DNA of 64,000 bases, taken from contig JBBRLX010000009.1 of NCBI GenBank assembly GCA_038231135.1, positions 1 to 64,000 on the forward strand, read 5' to 3'. Under the pieces are notes generated by a model, which did no database searches, was not told where the DNA came from, and saw only the letters and a program-made list of their open reading frames with translations. The translations under genes were made by a program, and so were the position numbers. Shown piece by piece: positions 61,923 through 64,000 of this stretch (positions are counted from its first letter, which is position 1; every line of letters begins with the position of its first letter). The stretch is from Candidatus Eiseniibacteriota bacterium. Its GTDB lineage: Bacteria > Eisenbacteria > RBG-16-71-46.

Positions 61923-63772
61923 CAGCGGTCCTCCCTCGCCCCGACGATGGACTCGGCTTCCGCCCGGGGAGCACGGCGCCCCTCCTGGCGGAGGATCTCG
62001 TCGGTGATGGTATGCGCGTCGATCGGCAGGCCGTCGTAGTGACGCACCGACCGCACGCGTTCGGAATCGAATCCGGTCTCGAGCCGGACGATCTGGGCCA
62101 TCTGACCGTCGCGATTCTGTTCGACCACGTAGAGCCGCGGGTAGCGCGCGACGAACGCCGCGAATTCCGGCGTGAACGGCAGCGCCCGGAGCAGCAGGTA
62201 GCCGGTCGGGATGCCCTTCGCGGCCAGCTGGTCGCGCGCCTCGACGATCGCCCAGTGCGTCGAGCCGAACGCGATCAGTCCGGCCTCGGCGCCCGGCACG
62301 TCGTCGATCACCGGTTTCGGCATCAGCGTGCGCGCGGTCTCGAACTTCTTCGCCAGCCGGTCCATGACGCGGACGTAGGTCTCGGGGTCCTCGGTGTAGC
62401 GGGCGCCCTCGTCGTGGCCCGACCCGCGCGTGAAGTACGAGCCCTTCGGGTCCTTCACTCCGGGCAGCGTCCGCGACGGGATGCCGTCGCCATCCGCGTC
62501 CTTGTAGCGCTCGAACCTGGGCAGCGCGGCCAGCTCGGCGTCGGTGAGCACCTTGCCGCGGTCCCACGGCTGCTCGGGATACGGGAATGGGTCGCTCATC
62601 CAGTTGTTCATTCCGATGTCGAGATCGCTGAGCACGAACACCGGCGTCTGCAGCCGCTCGGCCAGATCGAACGCCTGCATGCCGAAGTCGAAGCAGTCGC
62701 GCACCGAGCTCGGCAGCAGAATCGGATGCCGCGTGTCGCCGTGCGACATCGACCACACGAACGACAGATCGCCCTGCGACGTGCGGGTCGGCAGCCCGGT
62801 CGAGGGACCGATGCGCTGGATGTCCCAGATCACCGCCGGGATCTCGGCGTAGTAACCGTAGCCCGCGAACTCGGTCATCAGCGACAGGCCGGGCCCCGAC
62901 GTCGAGGTCATCGCCCTGGCGCCCGCCCAGTTCGCGCCGAGCACCATGCCGATCGCCGCAATCTCGTCCTCGGCCTGCACGACGGCGAACGTGGCCTTGC
63001 CGGTGACCGGATCCTTGCGGTGCTTGTGGAGGAAGCCGATCAGCGCCTCGACCAGGCTCGACGACGGCGTGATCGGATACCACGTCACCACGGTGACGCC
63101 GCCGAACATCGCCCCCAGCGCACCCGCGGTGTTGCCGTCGATCAGGATCTTGCCGGCGGTCGCGTTCATGCGCTCGAGCGTGTAGGGATCGCGCTTCGTG
63201 AGCGTGCCTCGCGCCCATTCCCAGCCGGCGCGCACCGCCTGGTGATTGAGCGCGAGCGCCTTGGGCTTGCGGCCGAGCAGCGCGTCGAGCGCGCGCTCGA
63301 TCTCGTCCTCGGCGATGCCGAGCAGCTCGGCCAGCACGCCGACGTAGATCATGTTCACGACCAGCCGTCGCAGCTTCACGTCCTGCGTGATCGGCGTGAT
63401 CAGCTGCTGCATCGGCACGGCGTACACGAACCGGTCCGCCGGGATGTCGGGCACCTTGATCGCCTCGTTCAGCACGATCACGCTGCCCGGCCCCATCGCG
63501 GCGACGTCGGACGCCGCGGTCTCGGGGTTCATCACCACCAGCACGTCGTTGTGCTTGCTGCGCGCGATGTAGCCGTGCCGGTTGACGCGGATCGTGAACC
63601 ACGTCGGCAGCCCCGCGATGTTCGACGGGAACAGGTTCTTGCCGCTGACCGGAATGCCCATCTGGAAGATCGCGCGCAGCAGCACCGCATTCGCGGTCTG
63701 GCTGCCGGAGCCGTTCACCGTCGCGATGTGGAGGCTGAAGTCGTTGGTTCTCGAACCACGCTCGGATGTCAT
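61922..63772 (-). CDS. 2-oxoacid:ferredoxin oxidoreductase alpha (gamma-alpha fused) subunit
   Basis: NGSGSQTAN, YPITPSS, QAEDEIAA, TSGPG and QRIGPSTGLPT. Confidence 0.95.
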   Translation of the reverse strand: MTSERGSRTNDFSLHIATVNGSGSQTANAVLLRAIFQMGIPVSGKNLFPSNIAGLPTWFTIRVNRHGYIARSKHNDVLVVMNPETAASDVAAMGPGSVIVLNEAIKVPDIPADRFVYAVPMQQLITPITQDVKLRRLVVNMIYVGVLAELLGIAEDEIERALDALLGRKPKALALNHQAVRAGWEWARGTLTKRDPYTLERMNATAGKILIDGNTAGALGAMFGGVTVVTWYPITPSSSLVEALIGFLHKHRKDPVTGKATFAVVQAEDEIAAIGMVLGANWAGARAMTSTSGPGLSLMTEFAGYGYYAEIPAVIWDIQRIGPSTGLPTRTSQGDLSFVWSMSHGDTRHPILLPSSVRDCFDFGMQAFDLAERLQTPVFVLSDLDIGMNNWMSDPFPYPEQPWDRGKVLTDAELAALPRFERYKDADGDGIPSRTLPGVKDPKGSYFTRGSGHDEGARYTEDPETYVRVMDRLAKKFETARTLMPKPVIDDVPGAEAGLIAFGSTHWAIVEARDQLAAKGIPTGYLLLRALPFTPEFAAFVARYPRLYVVEQNRDGQMAQIVRLETGFDSERVRSVRHYDGLPIDAHTITDEILRQEGRRAPRAEAESIVGAREDR

Positions 63773-63778
63773 GTCGCC

Positions 63779-64000
63779 TCAGGTATAGAGCTCGCCCATC
63801 GTCACGCGCTGCGGCTTGCGCACGTGCACGTAGGCGGAATTCGCGGCCACGCAGCCCTCGCTCGACGCCGTGAGCAGCAGCTTGTACTTGCCATCGTAGG
63901 TCACGATGTCGCCGCACGCGAACACGCCCGTCAGCGAGGTGGTCATGTTGCCGCCGACCTTGATCTGGCTGCCTTCGATCTCGATCCCCCAGCTCTTCAC
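63779..64000 (-). CDS. C-terminus of thioredoxin reductase-like ferredoxin:NADP+ reductase (partial at window edge)
   Basis: TSLTGVFACGDIVTYDGKYKL...EGCVAANSA. Confidence 0.8.
   Translation of the reverse strand: MKSWGIEIEGSQIKVGGNMTTSLTGVFACGDIVTYDGKYKLLLTASSEGCVAANSAYVHVRKPQRVTMGELYT

Overview
High-GC (roughly 68-70% by eye) bacterial window. Eight secreted proteins end in an FlgD-Ig/T9SS-like C-terminal domain and the ATP synthase epsilon subunit is short, which points to an FCB-associated candidate lineage such as Ca. Eisenbacteria (inference). From left to right: the right end of an IS21-family element; a frameshifted lipoprotein gene; an M32 carboxypeptidase, acyl-ACP desaturase and fabF operon; a sulfurtransferase-SufE pair; two paralogous secreted beta-helix proteins flanking an OPT transporter; two exported redoxins; a SWIM-SNF2 helicase; a ~19.6 kb cluster of five co-oriented secreted proteins (19371-39010, minus strand); a sigma54-type type IV pilin; an HTH regulator and TauE; a complete F1Fo ATP synthase operon; NUDIX, a Kelch protein, yajQ, two M20 peptidases, ferredoxin, an O-methyltransferase; and a 2-oxoacid:ferredoxin oxidoreductase whose alpha and beta genes are separated by phzF-like, VOC and pheA genes. 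The best candidate for an undescribed system is the five-gene cluster. It encodes 3 dockerin-like and 7 cohesin-like modules, an uncharacterised 'PPD...RWGD[YF]S' head domain, and Ig-like stalk repeats whose cysteines covary between neighbouring domains. No glycoside hydrolase is recognisable, so it looks like a non-cellulosomal cohesin-dockerin surface complex. The atp operon also has an apparent AtpI-subunit a fusion and a Rex-like operator. All domain calls are by motif recognition only; no database searches were run.
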